Positions 1-6,963 of a stretch of 41,437 bases of DNA are shown in pieces. Location: IMG/VR virus record IMGVR_UViG_2061766007_000905; one strand, written 5' to 3'. The notes beneath the pieces were generated by a model. That model was not told the DNA's origin. It was given only the letters and a program-made list of their open reading frames with translations, and made no database searches. How positions within the stretch are numbered: position 1 is the first letter of the stretch; every line of letters starts with the position of its first letter. Origin of the DNA: an uncultured virus (IMG/VR IMGVR_UViG_2061766007_000905) (taxonomy: Duplodnaviria; Heunggongvirae; Uroviricota; Caudoviricetes). Position numbers and translations under genes: made by a program.

Positions 1-22
1 CTTATAATACTAAATGTGAGCA

Positions 23-267
23 ATGCATACTATTGATTTAAGCATTAAAAAATATGTAAATCGGCATAATTTTGATATGTTGTGCAGACTGTATCATGAT
101 GTTGCGGGAAAACTTGAAGAACAGGGCTATGAAACAAATGGTTTAAATGATGAGCTTTATATAAAACTAAAGGTCAGCGAAAAGGAAAAATTATATCTAT
201 ATATTCATTGCACTAGTGAAAATAATAAGATTGAAGTTGAAGATCAACAGCTAGGTATCAGGATTCC
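23..267 (+). CDS. Partial near-identical copy of the 2026..2415 gene, truncated by an N-gap
   Basis: Nearly identical to 2026-2270 apart from a few substitutions; ends at a 10-N gap. Confidence 0.5.
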
Positions 268-280
268 NNNNNNNNNNAAT

Positions 281-365
281 GGAAGCGTAGGCTAATTGGT
301 AAGCCAGCACTTTGCTAAAGTGCCGTGGAGAAATCTGCTTGGAGGTTCGAGCCCTCTCGCTTCCG
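281..365 (+). tRNA. tRNA-Ser(GCT)
   Basis: Acceptor GGAAGCG/CGCTTCC, anticodon arm GCACT-TTGCTAA-AGTGC, long variable arm, T-loop TTCGAGC, G73. Confidence 0.93.
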
Positions 366-373
366 CTAATTAA

Positions 374-463
374 CGATCTGTGATTGGAATTGGTATACAG
401 CGTCGGCTCAAACCCGGCGGCCGAGATAAAAACGGATTGAGGGTTCGAATCCCCCCAGATCGA
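374..463 (+). tRNA. tRNA-Leu(CAA)
   Basis: Acceptor CGATCTG/CAGATCG, anticodon arm GTCGG-CTCAAAC-CCGGC, long variable arm, TTCGAAT T-loop, A73. Confidence 0.88.
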
Positions 464-471
464 TAATATAT

Positions 472-557
472 CCCTGTGTGGCGAAAATGGTTAATACGCG
501 TCAGACTTAGGATCTGGTGGATTAAATTCCGTGGGAGTTCGAGTCTCCCCTAAGGGA
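472..557 (+). tRNA. tRNA-Leu(TAG), acceptor stem with two mismatches
   Basis: Anticodon arm TCAGA-CTTAGGA-TCTGG, T-arm GGGAG-TTCGAGT-CTCCC; acceptor CCCTGTG/CTAAGGG has G.A and T.T mismatches. Confidence 0.78.
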
Positions 558-618
558 CTATAACGGTCGTTCGCTATCAGTTATTTTTTACGGAACTGGT
601 ATTATGACAATTCATAGA

Positions 619-626
619 TATAAATA
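619..626 (+). promoter_or_regulatory. T4-like late promoter TATAAATA
   Basis: Exact TATAAATA 4 nt before ATG at 631. Confidence 0.7.
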
Positions 627-630
627 ATAT

Positions 631-1841
631 ATGAATTTGACTGAAGCTTTAGATTTATTAAAGAAAAATAAATACCTAGTAGAATTAACAGCATTGCCTA
701 AAATCTATGACGATGATTATGGCAAGTATGCAAAGTTGACTAAAAAGGTCGTGAAAAACGTAACGTAAAAAATATTTATAAAGATGATCAACATTACCAT
801 GACTATGAAGGAAAGTTATGGCTAAATGTTAAACAAAAAGATCATACTACTCTAACTTTAGCTGCATTATCAGGATTATTAGATTCAGGTAAAATCAATA
901 ATTATAGTGATGGCCTTAAATATTATCCTGCTGGTAAAACCATGAAAGATGTATTTAATTTAGATACTATCGAACACAAGGCTGACTTATTAGAGGAATT
1001 ATCTTATTTTCCGAGTTTAAAAAAATTAATTAATAAAATATGTGGATTCCTGGAAGATAACATGAGTAAAAAACATCTTAGAGTATATAGAGGGCTAAGA
1101 TTAGATTCTCGTGGATTAGCACAATTATATAAGAAAGATAAATTTATATTTCAGTCACCTATAAAGCTCGTTCAATATCTCGATAATACCACAAAAGAAT
1201 TTAATTCATTTAGCGTAGATAAGAATGTTGCAAAAGACTTTGGTGACTATAATGATCATATTATTTTTTCTGGCGAAATAGATAATAATGATGTAAACTG
1301 GGCTTTCAGTGCATATCTTATGGGNNNNNNNNNNTCAATAGCTGAATCAGAATTAAATCTTAATAATTTAAAGCGTTTAAAAAATATAAGAATTGATAGT
1401 TTTAATATTACTGAAGAAACTAAAAAGGAAGCTAGACTATTTGTTAAACACCCAGATTTAAATGCTGCCTTCAGTCTTCCGACTAAAGCTAATTATTTCA
1501 TGATACGTAATAATAATTCCCGTAAGTATTTTTTATGCGATAACGACTGTAAAAAAATATTAGATAAACCAGTTCAAACGTTTAATATTATAGAGCGTGG
1601 TTATATTAAAATACTGTTCGATGATGATACATCCTGTTTAATCATACAAAAAACTGGAAAAATATTATTTAAAAACGGCTGCGATGAAATATTACGTATA
1701 CGTGAAAACAATATATATGTAAAAAATGGCGGCTATTATTATATCTTTGATGAAAATGAAAACGTATTATATAAAACACAAAACTATAATGACCTACGAA
1801 AGCAATATATCATTAAAGCGATTTCAAAATATTTGGGTTGA
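631..1841 (+). CDS. R-S-E family ADP-ribosyltransferase (Alt/Mod-like), apparently interrupted by a -1 frameshift near 741-765
   Basis: Motifs LRVYRGL, FNSFSVDKNVAKDF and AESEL in the 942..1841 ORF. That frame is open from 744, while the ATG behind the late promoter (631) is in another frame ending at 768. N-gap at 1325-1334. Confidence 0.72.
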
Positions 1842-1866
1842 CGAAAGTCAACCTTTTTTCTATATT
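1836..1866 (+). promoter_or_regulatory. Sigma70-type promoter with -35 inside a terminator-like hairpin
   Basis: TTGACG(1838-43)-17nt-TATATT(1861-66); hairpin GGTTGAC-GAAA-GTCAACC followed by a T-tract. Confidence 0.75.
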
Positions 1867-1871
1867 ATAAA

Positions 1872-2001
1872 ATGACGATAGTTTAGTAAATGGTGCTGAA
1901 AATTCGGTTCGAGTCCGATTAAGCCATGGACTGGTAAAAGCTGTTCGACTCAGCGTTTGATTTGTGGATTATCTGGCGGTTCGATTCCGCAATATCGTCA
2001 T
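1872..2001 (+). ncRNA. Putative tRNA-mimic RNA with three tandem D-like/T-like hairpin pairs
   Basis: Closing stem ATGACGATA/TATCGTCAT; T-arms TCGG-TTCGAGT-CCGA, GCTG-TTCGACT-CAGC, GCGG-TTCGATT-CCGC, each preceded by a TGG-loop hairpin. Confidence 0.75.
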
Positions 2002-2025
2002 ATTTTATAATATTAAATGTGAATA

Positions 2026-2415
2026 ATGCATACTATTGATTTAAGCATTAGAAAATATGTAAATCGACATAATTTTGATATGTTGTGTAGACTGTATCAT
2101 GATGTCGCGGGAAAACTTGAAGAACAGGGCTATGAAACAAATGGTTTAAATGACGAGCTTTATATAAAACTAAAGGTCAGTGAAAAGGAAAAATTATATC
2201 TATATATTCATTGCACTAGCGAAAATAATAAGATTGAAGTTGAAGATCAACAGCTAGGTATCAGGATTCCGACGATAATAGATGATTTTTCAAAACTGTT
2301 TAATACAGAAAGTCATCTTGTAAAAGGAATACTTGAATATAGGCAATTATGGAAACAGTTTAAAATATCAATGTCATCAAAGTTTGATATGGCTATAAAA
2401 ATGGATAAAATTTAA
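2026..2415 (+). CDS. Hypothetical protein, MH-start paralog family member 1
   Basis: Shares the (A)xxLExxG(Y/F/I)xTxGxNxxL motif with the next four ORFs. Confidence 0.8.
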   Translation: MHTIDLSIRKYVNRHNFDMLCRLYHDVAGKLEEQGYETNGLNDELYIKLKVSEKEKLYLYIHCTSENNKIEVEDQQLGIRIPTIIDDFSKLFNTESHLVKGILEYRQLWKQFKISMSSKFDMAIKMDKI

Positions 2416-2416
2416 T

Positions 2417-2845
2417 ATGCATATATTAGAAAACGATAATGTCTGGCGTGGGCCGTCAGATAGCGTATTTTTTAACAGAAAACGCGAGAGCGTGCATAAC
2501 CTGGCATTACGTCTTGAAAAGTTTGGCATAACTACATATGGTACGAATACTGAACTTGAGGCTGAACTTGATCTTGGCAGGCGTAAAATTACTATAATTC
2601 CGAGTTGGCGCTATGATGAATGGGATTCAGATGACAAGAATGACAAATACGATGTTGATATTTCGATTCCGGCATTAGGCGTAACTATTCCGATACGACT
2701 TTCAAAATTCAAAAAGACATTCAATAAGGACGGTTATTTGATGAAAGCAATAGATGAATATGAAGCATCATTATCCGCAGCGAAAGCAGCTTTCGCTAAT
2801 AATATAGAAACCGCTAGAATAATTGACGAGGCCGACGATGCATGA
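2417..2845 (+). CDS. Hypothetical protein, paralog 2
   Basis: MHILENDNVWRGPS...LALRLEKFGITTYGTNTEL. Confidence 0.8.
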   Translation: MHILENDNVWRGPSDSVFFNRKRESVHNLALRLEKFGITTYGTNTELEAELDLGRRKITIIPSWRYDEWDSDDKNDKYDVDISIPALGVTIPIRLSKFKKTFNKDGYLMKAIDEYEASLSAAKAAFANNIETARIIDEADDA

Positions 2846-3287
2846 AATTAAAAATGACCACGTATTTCGTGGACCGTCAGAAGGTATGTATTTCGATATG
2901 CGTGTTGAACATATTCATGAGCTTGCGGAAAAACTTGAAGCTAAAGGTTTTAAGACATATGGCGTAAATGAAGACCTAAGTATTTATATACCTAGCGAAG
3001 CTGAAGAAAAAAATGGTGTTAAATTCGGTAGAATGGATGGCATCATATTAAAACCATATTATTTAGGATTAGGCTGTTACGGCGGCCTAAGCGATCCTGA
3101 TAAAATTGGTGTAAAAGTTCCGGAGCTTCAGTTAACAATGCAGACGACGCTGGAAAATTTTAAAAAGACATTTGCTAAAAATGGACTTGTTGTCAAGACT
3201 CTCCGAGAATATAAGACTACTTTAGAAACACAGCGTAAAGTTATGTGTGAGAATCTTTCACTTGCTGTAACATTGGTCAATACATGA
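2838..3287 (+). CDS. Hypothetical protein, paralog 3
   Basis: Start moved to ATG 2838 (MHEIKNDHVFRGPS...LAEKLEAKGFKTYGVNEDL) by similarity to its paralogs. Confidence 0.8.
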   Translation: MHEIKNDHVFRGPSEGMYFDMRVEHIHELAEKLEAKGFKTYGVNEDLSIYIPSEAEEKNGVKFGRMDGIILKPYYLGLGCYGGLSDPDKIGVKVPELQLTMQTTLENFKKTFAKNGLVVKTLREYKTTLETQRKVMCENLSLAVTLVNT

Positions 3288-3299
3288 GGTAAACAGATA

Positions 3300-3758
3300 A
3301 TGCATACGATTGAGCGTGATAATGTAATGCGTGAACCATTTGAACGAGTCCAATTTAATAAAAAATGTGATCAGTTGCATTGGTTAGCGCAATGGCTTGA
3401 AGAACATGGCTATAAGACATTTGGTCAGAATGACCATATGTATGCACATATACCAGTGGGCAAATATGTATACGGTGCATATCCAAAATGGAAAAGCGAT
3501 GACGATCATTCGGAAATTCATCTAACTATTCCGTCACTTAGCAATGAAGTAATTAAGATAAAAACTGAAAGTTTTACAAAAGCATTTAGTCCGGATAGTT
3601 TTTTGACTAATACTATTCTTAATTATGCCAATGCGATTGCAGACTATAATATTAAGGTTGAACCTTTTAAGAAGTCGCTTCATTCAGCAGAACAGGCGTT
3701 TTTGAATAATATTGAGTTGGCAATGACGCTTGATGGGATAGAAGATGCACAAAGTTGA
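3300..3758 (+). CDS. Hypothetical protein, paralog 4
   Basis: MHTIERDNVMREPF...LAQWLEEHGYKTFGQNDHM; GAGG RBS. Confidence 0.8.
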   Translation: MHTIERDNVMREPFERVQFNKKCDQLHWLAQWLEEHGYKTFGQNDHMYAHIPVGKYVYGAYPKWKSDDDHSEIHLTIPSLSNEVIKIKTESFTKAFSPDSFLTNTILNYANAIADYNIKVEPFKKSLHSAEQAFLNNIELAMTLDGIEDAQS

Positions 3759-4155
3759 TTTTAACCAAGATAACATGAAAAGGGAATTCCATGACGCTAT
3801 AGCATTTCACAAGCGTACTAATGAGCTTCATTTTTTTGCTGAAACACTTGATGGTTATGGATTTAGAACTGAAGGCTTAAATGACGAGTTATATTGCATT
3901 GTTGATGATTTTACAATAAAACCAAGGCCAAGTCTTAATGGAAAAGAAGTTATTGTAGATATTCCAATACTTAAAACCAGTTTACGTATGTCATTTGAAA
4001 AATTTATTAAAACTTTTAATGATAAAAGCGGTTATGCGATTAAAGCAATTAAAGAAAATATTTCAACGGTAAAAGAATATAATAAGGCTATTGAACAATT
4101 GTTAAAATCTTCCAAAGAAAAAATTAACATGGCATTAACTATGGACGAAGTTTAA
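3745..4155 (+). CDS. Hypothetical protein, paralog 5
   Basis: MHKVDFNQDNMKREF...FAETLDGYGFRTEGLNDEL. Confidence 0.8.
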   Translation: MHKVDFNQDNMKREFHDAIAFHKRTNELHFFAETLDGYGFRTEGLNDELYCIVDDFTIKPRPSLNGKEVIVDIPILKTSLRMSFEKFIKTFNDKSGYAIKAIKENISTVKEYNKAIEQLLKSSKEKINMALTMDEV

Positions 4156-4173
4156 ATACGCATTTTTAACATT

Positions 4174-4320
4174 ATGTCATACAAAGAAGACATGTATACT
4201 GAATTTGAGCAGTTCAAGAAGGAGCATCCTGGATGTGGCCCGGCTGACAAGGCAATATTCTGGGAAGAAAAAGCGAACGAGCTTGCCGATATACTTCAAT
4301 GGACAACTGGTGGACGATAA
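4174..4320 (+). CDS. Small hypothetical protein (48 aa), not in ORF track
   Basis: MSYKEDMYTEFEQFKKEHPGCGPADKAIFWEEKANELADILQWTTGGR*; fills the gap after the paralog array. Confidence 0.6.
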   Translation: MSYKEDMYTEFEQFKKEHPGCGPADKAIFWEEKANELADILQWTTGGR

Positions 4321-4334
4321 ATAAAAATTTAGGG

Positions 4335-4363
4335 TTTACAAGTCAAGGATAATTTACTATATT
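4335..4363 (+). promoter_or_regulatory. Phage early/middle promoter
   Basis: TTTACA-17nt-TATATT, the consensus repeated through the window. Confidence 0.75.
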
Positions 4364-4369
4364 ATAACA

Positions 4370-4525
4370 CGTTAAATGAATCCTCTCATTAAGAACTAAG
4401 GTTGGTAATTCGTTTCACAGCAGGAAGTTCCTCATGGAATGCTACTTACCGTTAAACCGGATGTGCAAACTGCGCGTCATGTAGAGAACGGAATCCCGTA
4501 AAGTTTGGTTGTTCTTTGGATTTTA
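4370..4525 (+). ncRNA. Putative small RNA with its own promoter
   Basis: No convincing ORF; lies between two promoters; ends can pair (AATCC/GGATT, AAGAAC/GTTCTT). Confidence 0.45.
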
Positions 4526-4548
4526 AAAACAACTAAAAATTTTTAGGG

Positions 4549-4577
4549 TTTACAAAACTTAAAAAATTTATTATATT
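4549..4577 (+). promoter_or_regulatory. Promoter for the leader peptide and tRNA array
   Basis: TTTACA(4549-54)-17nt-TATATT(4572-77). Confidence 0.75.
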
Positions 4578-4640
4578 TAACATAGTTAAAAAGCGAAAAC
4601 GATGAAAAAGTTTTTATATATAATATAAAAGGTAAAAGCA

Positions 4641-4733
4641 ATGAACAACACTCAGTTTTATACATATTCATGTAATTCGATTTGTGGACAGCAGTCCTCA
4701 ATTTATTGCATGTATATCAAGACTGGTGGGTGA
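4641..4733 (+). CDS. Putative attenuator leader peptide (30 aa) MNNTQFYTYSCNSICGQQSSIYCMYIKTGG
   Basis: AAGG RBS upstream; TGA stop lies in the antiterminator 5' strand; codon content mirrors downstream tRNA anticodons. Confidence 0.75.
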   Translation: MNNTQFYTYSCNSICGQQSSIYCMYIKTGG

Positions 4734-4771
4734 CACCAAGAAAGTTCATATGTAACTTTTAAGGCGTCACT
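4729..4771 (+). promoter_or_regulatory. Putative antiterminator hairpin
   Basis: GGTGACACC(4729-37) pairs with GGCGTCACT(4763-71) with one mismatch, plus inner AAAGTT(4741-46)/AACTTT(4754-59); mutually exclusive with the terminator. Confidence 0.7.
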
Positions 4772-4791
4772 GAGAAAGTGACGCTTTTATT
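4761..4791 (+). terminator. Intrinsic terminator (attenuator) upstream of the tRNA array
   Basis: GCGTCACT-GAGAA-AGTGACGC followed by TTTTATT. Confidence 0.82.
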
Positions 4792-4868
4792 ATATGACTG
4801 AATAAACCCTTGAGACGTTTGTTGTATAGGATCGTTTATTCGGGCAATCGGTGAAAGCCCGATATTAT

Positions 4869-4953
4869 GGCAGTTTCGGATAGCGGCAATTCCTGGAGGC
4901 TGTAACCCTCCCGCCCTAACGGGCTTCCGTAGGTTCGAGTCCTACAGCTGTCA
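4869..4953 (+). tRNA. tRNA-Tyr(GTA)
   Basis: Acceptor GGCAGTT/AGCTGTC, anticodon arm GGAGG-CTGTAAC-CCTCC, long variable arm, GTAGG-TTCGAGT-CCTAC. Confidence 0.9.
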
Positions 4954-4962
4954 CTAACATTT

Positions 4963-5050
4963 GGGTAGGTAAGCAAGTGGTTTGAAGCAGAGTGACTGTA
5001 AATCACTTCCCTATGGGTAAACATCGGGGGTTCGAATCCCTCCCTGCCCA
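4963..5050 (+). tRNA. tRNA-Tyr(GTA), second divergent copy
   Basis: Acceptor GGGTAGG/CCTGCCC, anticodon arm AGTGA-CTGTAAA-TCACT, T-loop TTCGAAT. Confidence 0.9.
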
Positions 5051-5055
5051 CTAAA

Positions 5056-5136
5056 TGCAGAGAATGACTGATCATCATTGGGTTAATCTTGTCCTACACG
5101 GTTTCCTAGGACTAAGGATGGGGCACTCTGCAACCA
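5056..5136 (+). ncRNA. tRNA-like element with a 7-bp acceptor-like stem and ACCA end, no T-arm
   Basis: TGCAGAG/CTCTGCA + ACCA; internal hairpins AATGA/TCATT and GTCCTA/TAGGAC. Confidence 0.45.
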
Positions 5137-5139
5137 TTT

Positions 5140-5530
5140 AGATCGCAGTGACGCTATGCGAAAAGGAGGAATCCTAAAATAGCGGTCGTGTTTAAAAGAG
5201 GTAACAAAGGCGGAAGTCCGCTGAAGTTTTTCGGAATCTTCGGTAAAAACCGTAAAAAGAATTTAACACAAATGAGAAGAGCCCCGTGTTGCATCATTCT
5301 TGATTTCATGCTAACGGGTAGTAACCCTGATGAAGAAAACTCAGGGAGGAGGAATCTGTTTCTGCGAATTAGATGAATACCAGAATGATGGTCGCAGAGG
5401 CGTAGTATTGGCTCTACTAAAATATGCCACGTGAAGCCTTTTGAAATAGGAAAGGTCGGAGAACAACTAAGGAGTAACTACCTTAGATACTCGTTAAATG
5501 GTCCTTGCAATTAGGACGCCTGTAAGTTTG
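5140..5530 (+). ncRNA. Large structured ncRNA candidate within the tRNA array
   Basis: GC-richer than flanks, no credible ORF, many helices (CGCTAT/ATAGCG, CCCGT/ACGGG, CCCTGA/TCAGGG, TCTGCGA/TCGCAGA, CTAAGG/CCTTAG, GTCCT/AGGAC) and loop-loop complementarity. Confidence 0.6.
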
Positions 5531-5537
5531 TGAATAT

Positions 5538-5625
5538 GCGCTCTTGGATCGAGCCCGGTCGAAGATCATGGCCTGCAAAGCCACTGGAGGAAACTCCCAC
5601 GTAGGTTCAAATCCTACAGAGCGCT
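5538..5625 (+). tRNA. tRNA-Cys(GCA) with a long variable arm
   Basis: Acceptor GCGCTCT/AGAGCGC + T73, anticodon loop CTGCAAA, variable hairpin GGAG-GAAA-CTCC, T-arm GTAGG-TTCAAAT-CCTAC. Confidence 0.85.
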
Positions 5626-5630
5626 CTAAA

Positions 5631-5721
5631 TAGCACCGGATGTTCCTATTAATGGATGATAGGCCACCAGGCCTTGATTCGGTTCAAATCCGAAAGCCGA
5701 AAGGCAAATTACATCCCGCTA
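5631..5721 (+). ncRNA. Y-RNA-like/tRNA-mimic RNA, motif copy 1
   Basis: TAGC-ACC-GGATGT-TCCTAT...ATT-ACATCC-C-GCTA; interior has a D-like hairpin, T-arm TTCGG-TTCAAAT-CCGAA and GCC-GAAA-GGC. Confidence 0.7.
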
Positions 5722-5734
5722 AAAAATTAAAAAA

Positions 5735-5801
5735 TAGCATAAGAAGTTCCTATACGCCCAGTGGGCATCCGACTTGAAATCAGACCAATTACTTCTCGCT
5801 A
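5735..5801 (+). ncRNA. Y-RNA-like RNA, motif copy 2
   Basis: TAGC-ATA-AGAAGT-TCCTAT...ATT-ACTTCT-C-GCTA; interior has an anticodon-like arm TCCGA-CTTGAAA-TCAGA. Confidence 0.68.
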
Positions 5802-5807
5802 TTTAAT

Positions 5808-5879
5808 GGCAGTATAACACAATGGTTAGTGTAGCGGAATCATAATCCGTTAATATTGGTTCGAATCCAGTTATTGCTA
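5808..5879 (+). tRNA. tRNA-Met(CAT), elongator; Ile2 not excluded
   Basis: Acceptor GGCAGTA/TATTGCT, anticodon arm GCGGA-ATCATAA-TCCGT, T-loop TTCGAAT; lacks the initiator 3 G-C pairs. Confidence 0.82.
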
Positions 5880-5940
5880 TAATAATATAAGGGACAGATA
5901 GTTACCGCTATTTGATAAAATTAACCATTTTATCTAACCT

Positions 5941-5948
5941 TATAAATA
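5941..5948 (+). promoter_or_regulatory. T4-like late promoter for the homing endonuclease
   Basis: Exact TATAAATA, followed by hairpin TGTAGTTA/TAACTACA before the ATG at 6001. Confidence 0.65.
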
Positions 5949-6000
5949 TTGTGTAGTTACGGTAATAACTACATAAAAATAAAGTTAAAATAGGTTAAAT

Positions 6001-6807
6001 ATGGAATTAAAATATAAATATCATCAATATGGTGAATATATTTGTGAATTTTGTGGATTTAAAACAATTACAACATCAAGTAGAACTCAGCATTTAAATA
6101 AATGTAAAGAAAACCCTAATACTGAACAATATAAAATATATCATAGTAAATGTATATGTGAAATTTGTAAAAAAGAATTTATCGCAAAAAAAGGAACTAG
6201 ATTTTGTTCAAGTAAATGTTCACATTCACGTAAACAAACAGAAGAAACAAAAAATAAAATTAAAAATAGTATAAAATTAAATTATATCAAAAACGGTAAA
6301 GATAAACGCACAAAATTTTGTAAAGATTGTAATAAAAAATTAAAAAAATATGGCAAAGCAGAATATTGTAATTTATGTTGGCGTAAACATAAAATATGGT
6401 CAAATGAAGAAAAAGAAAAACAAAGTATAAATGGTAGATATGCTGCATCATGCATAAAACGGCGTTCTAAAAATGAAATAGCATTTTGTGAATTATGTGA
6501 AAAATATTTTAATAATGTTAAGCATAATGAAGCAATATTTAATGGTTGGGATGCAGATATTATTATTGAAGATTTAAAGATAGCTATTTTATGGAATGGT
6601 AAATGGCATTATGAAAAAATAATGGAAAAACATTCATTAGAGCAAGTTCAAAATAGAGATAAAATTAAAATAAAAGAAATAGAAAATGCGGGTTATACTC
6701 CATATATAATAAAAGATTTGGGAAGTGCAAATAATGAAAAAGTAAATATTGAATTTAAAAATTTTTTAGAATACTTAAAAATAAATTTTAATTATCGCGG
6801 CAACTAG
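6001..6807 (+). mobile_element. Free-standing homing endonuclease-like gene (Cys-rich Zn modules, NUMOD3-like motif, C-terminal Vsr/DUF559-like nuclease)
   Basis: CxxC repeats, KQTEETKNKIK, DADIIIEDLKIAILWNGKWHY...RDKIK; more AT-rich than neighbours; inserted in the tRNA array. Confidence 0.72.
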
Positions 6808-6871
6808 CTCAATTGGTTAGAGTTTCCGTCTGATACGCGGGAGGTTCCAGATTCGAGTTCTGGGTTGCCGA
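6798..6871 (+). tRNA. tRNA-Ile(GAT)
   Basis: Acceptor CGGCAAC/GTTGCCG, anticodon arm TCCGT-CTGATAC-GCGGG, T-arm CCAGA-TTCGAGT-TCTGG; overlaps the endonuclease stop codon. Confidence 0.88.
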
Positions 6872-6875
6872 TTAT

Positions 6876-6952
6876 CCACAGACAATAAGCCGATTGGTGC
6901 GGCAGCAAGTCTGATAAACTTGTAAGTGTTTGTTCAAATCAAACTCTGTGGA
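6876..6952 (+). tRNA. tRNA-Ile(GAT), atypical (6-nt acceptor-D linker)
   Basis: Acceptor CCACAGA/TCTGTGG, D-arm GCCG/CGGC, anticodon arm GCAAGT-CTGATAA-ACTTGT, T-arm GTTTG-TTCAAAT-CAAAC. Confidence 0.75.
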
Positions 6953-6963
6953 CTAAAAATTAT

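Noticed and set aside
1..267. Apparent duplication of the first MH-family gene
   Set aside because: Near-identical to 2004-2270 and ends at a 10-N gap; the same pattern recurs at other gaps, so it is most likely a strain-variant assembly bubble
5205..5225. RNase P RNA signature (GGAAGTCCG)
   Set aside because: Does not match GAGGAAAGTCC, and I found no complementary 3' P4 strand
5327..5340. Hammerhead ribozyme core CTGATGA...GAAA
   Set aside because: No stem II between the boxes, and CTGA is paired in the CCCTGA/TCAGGG helix
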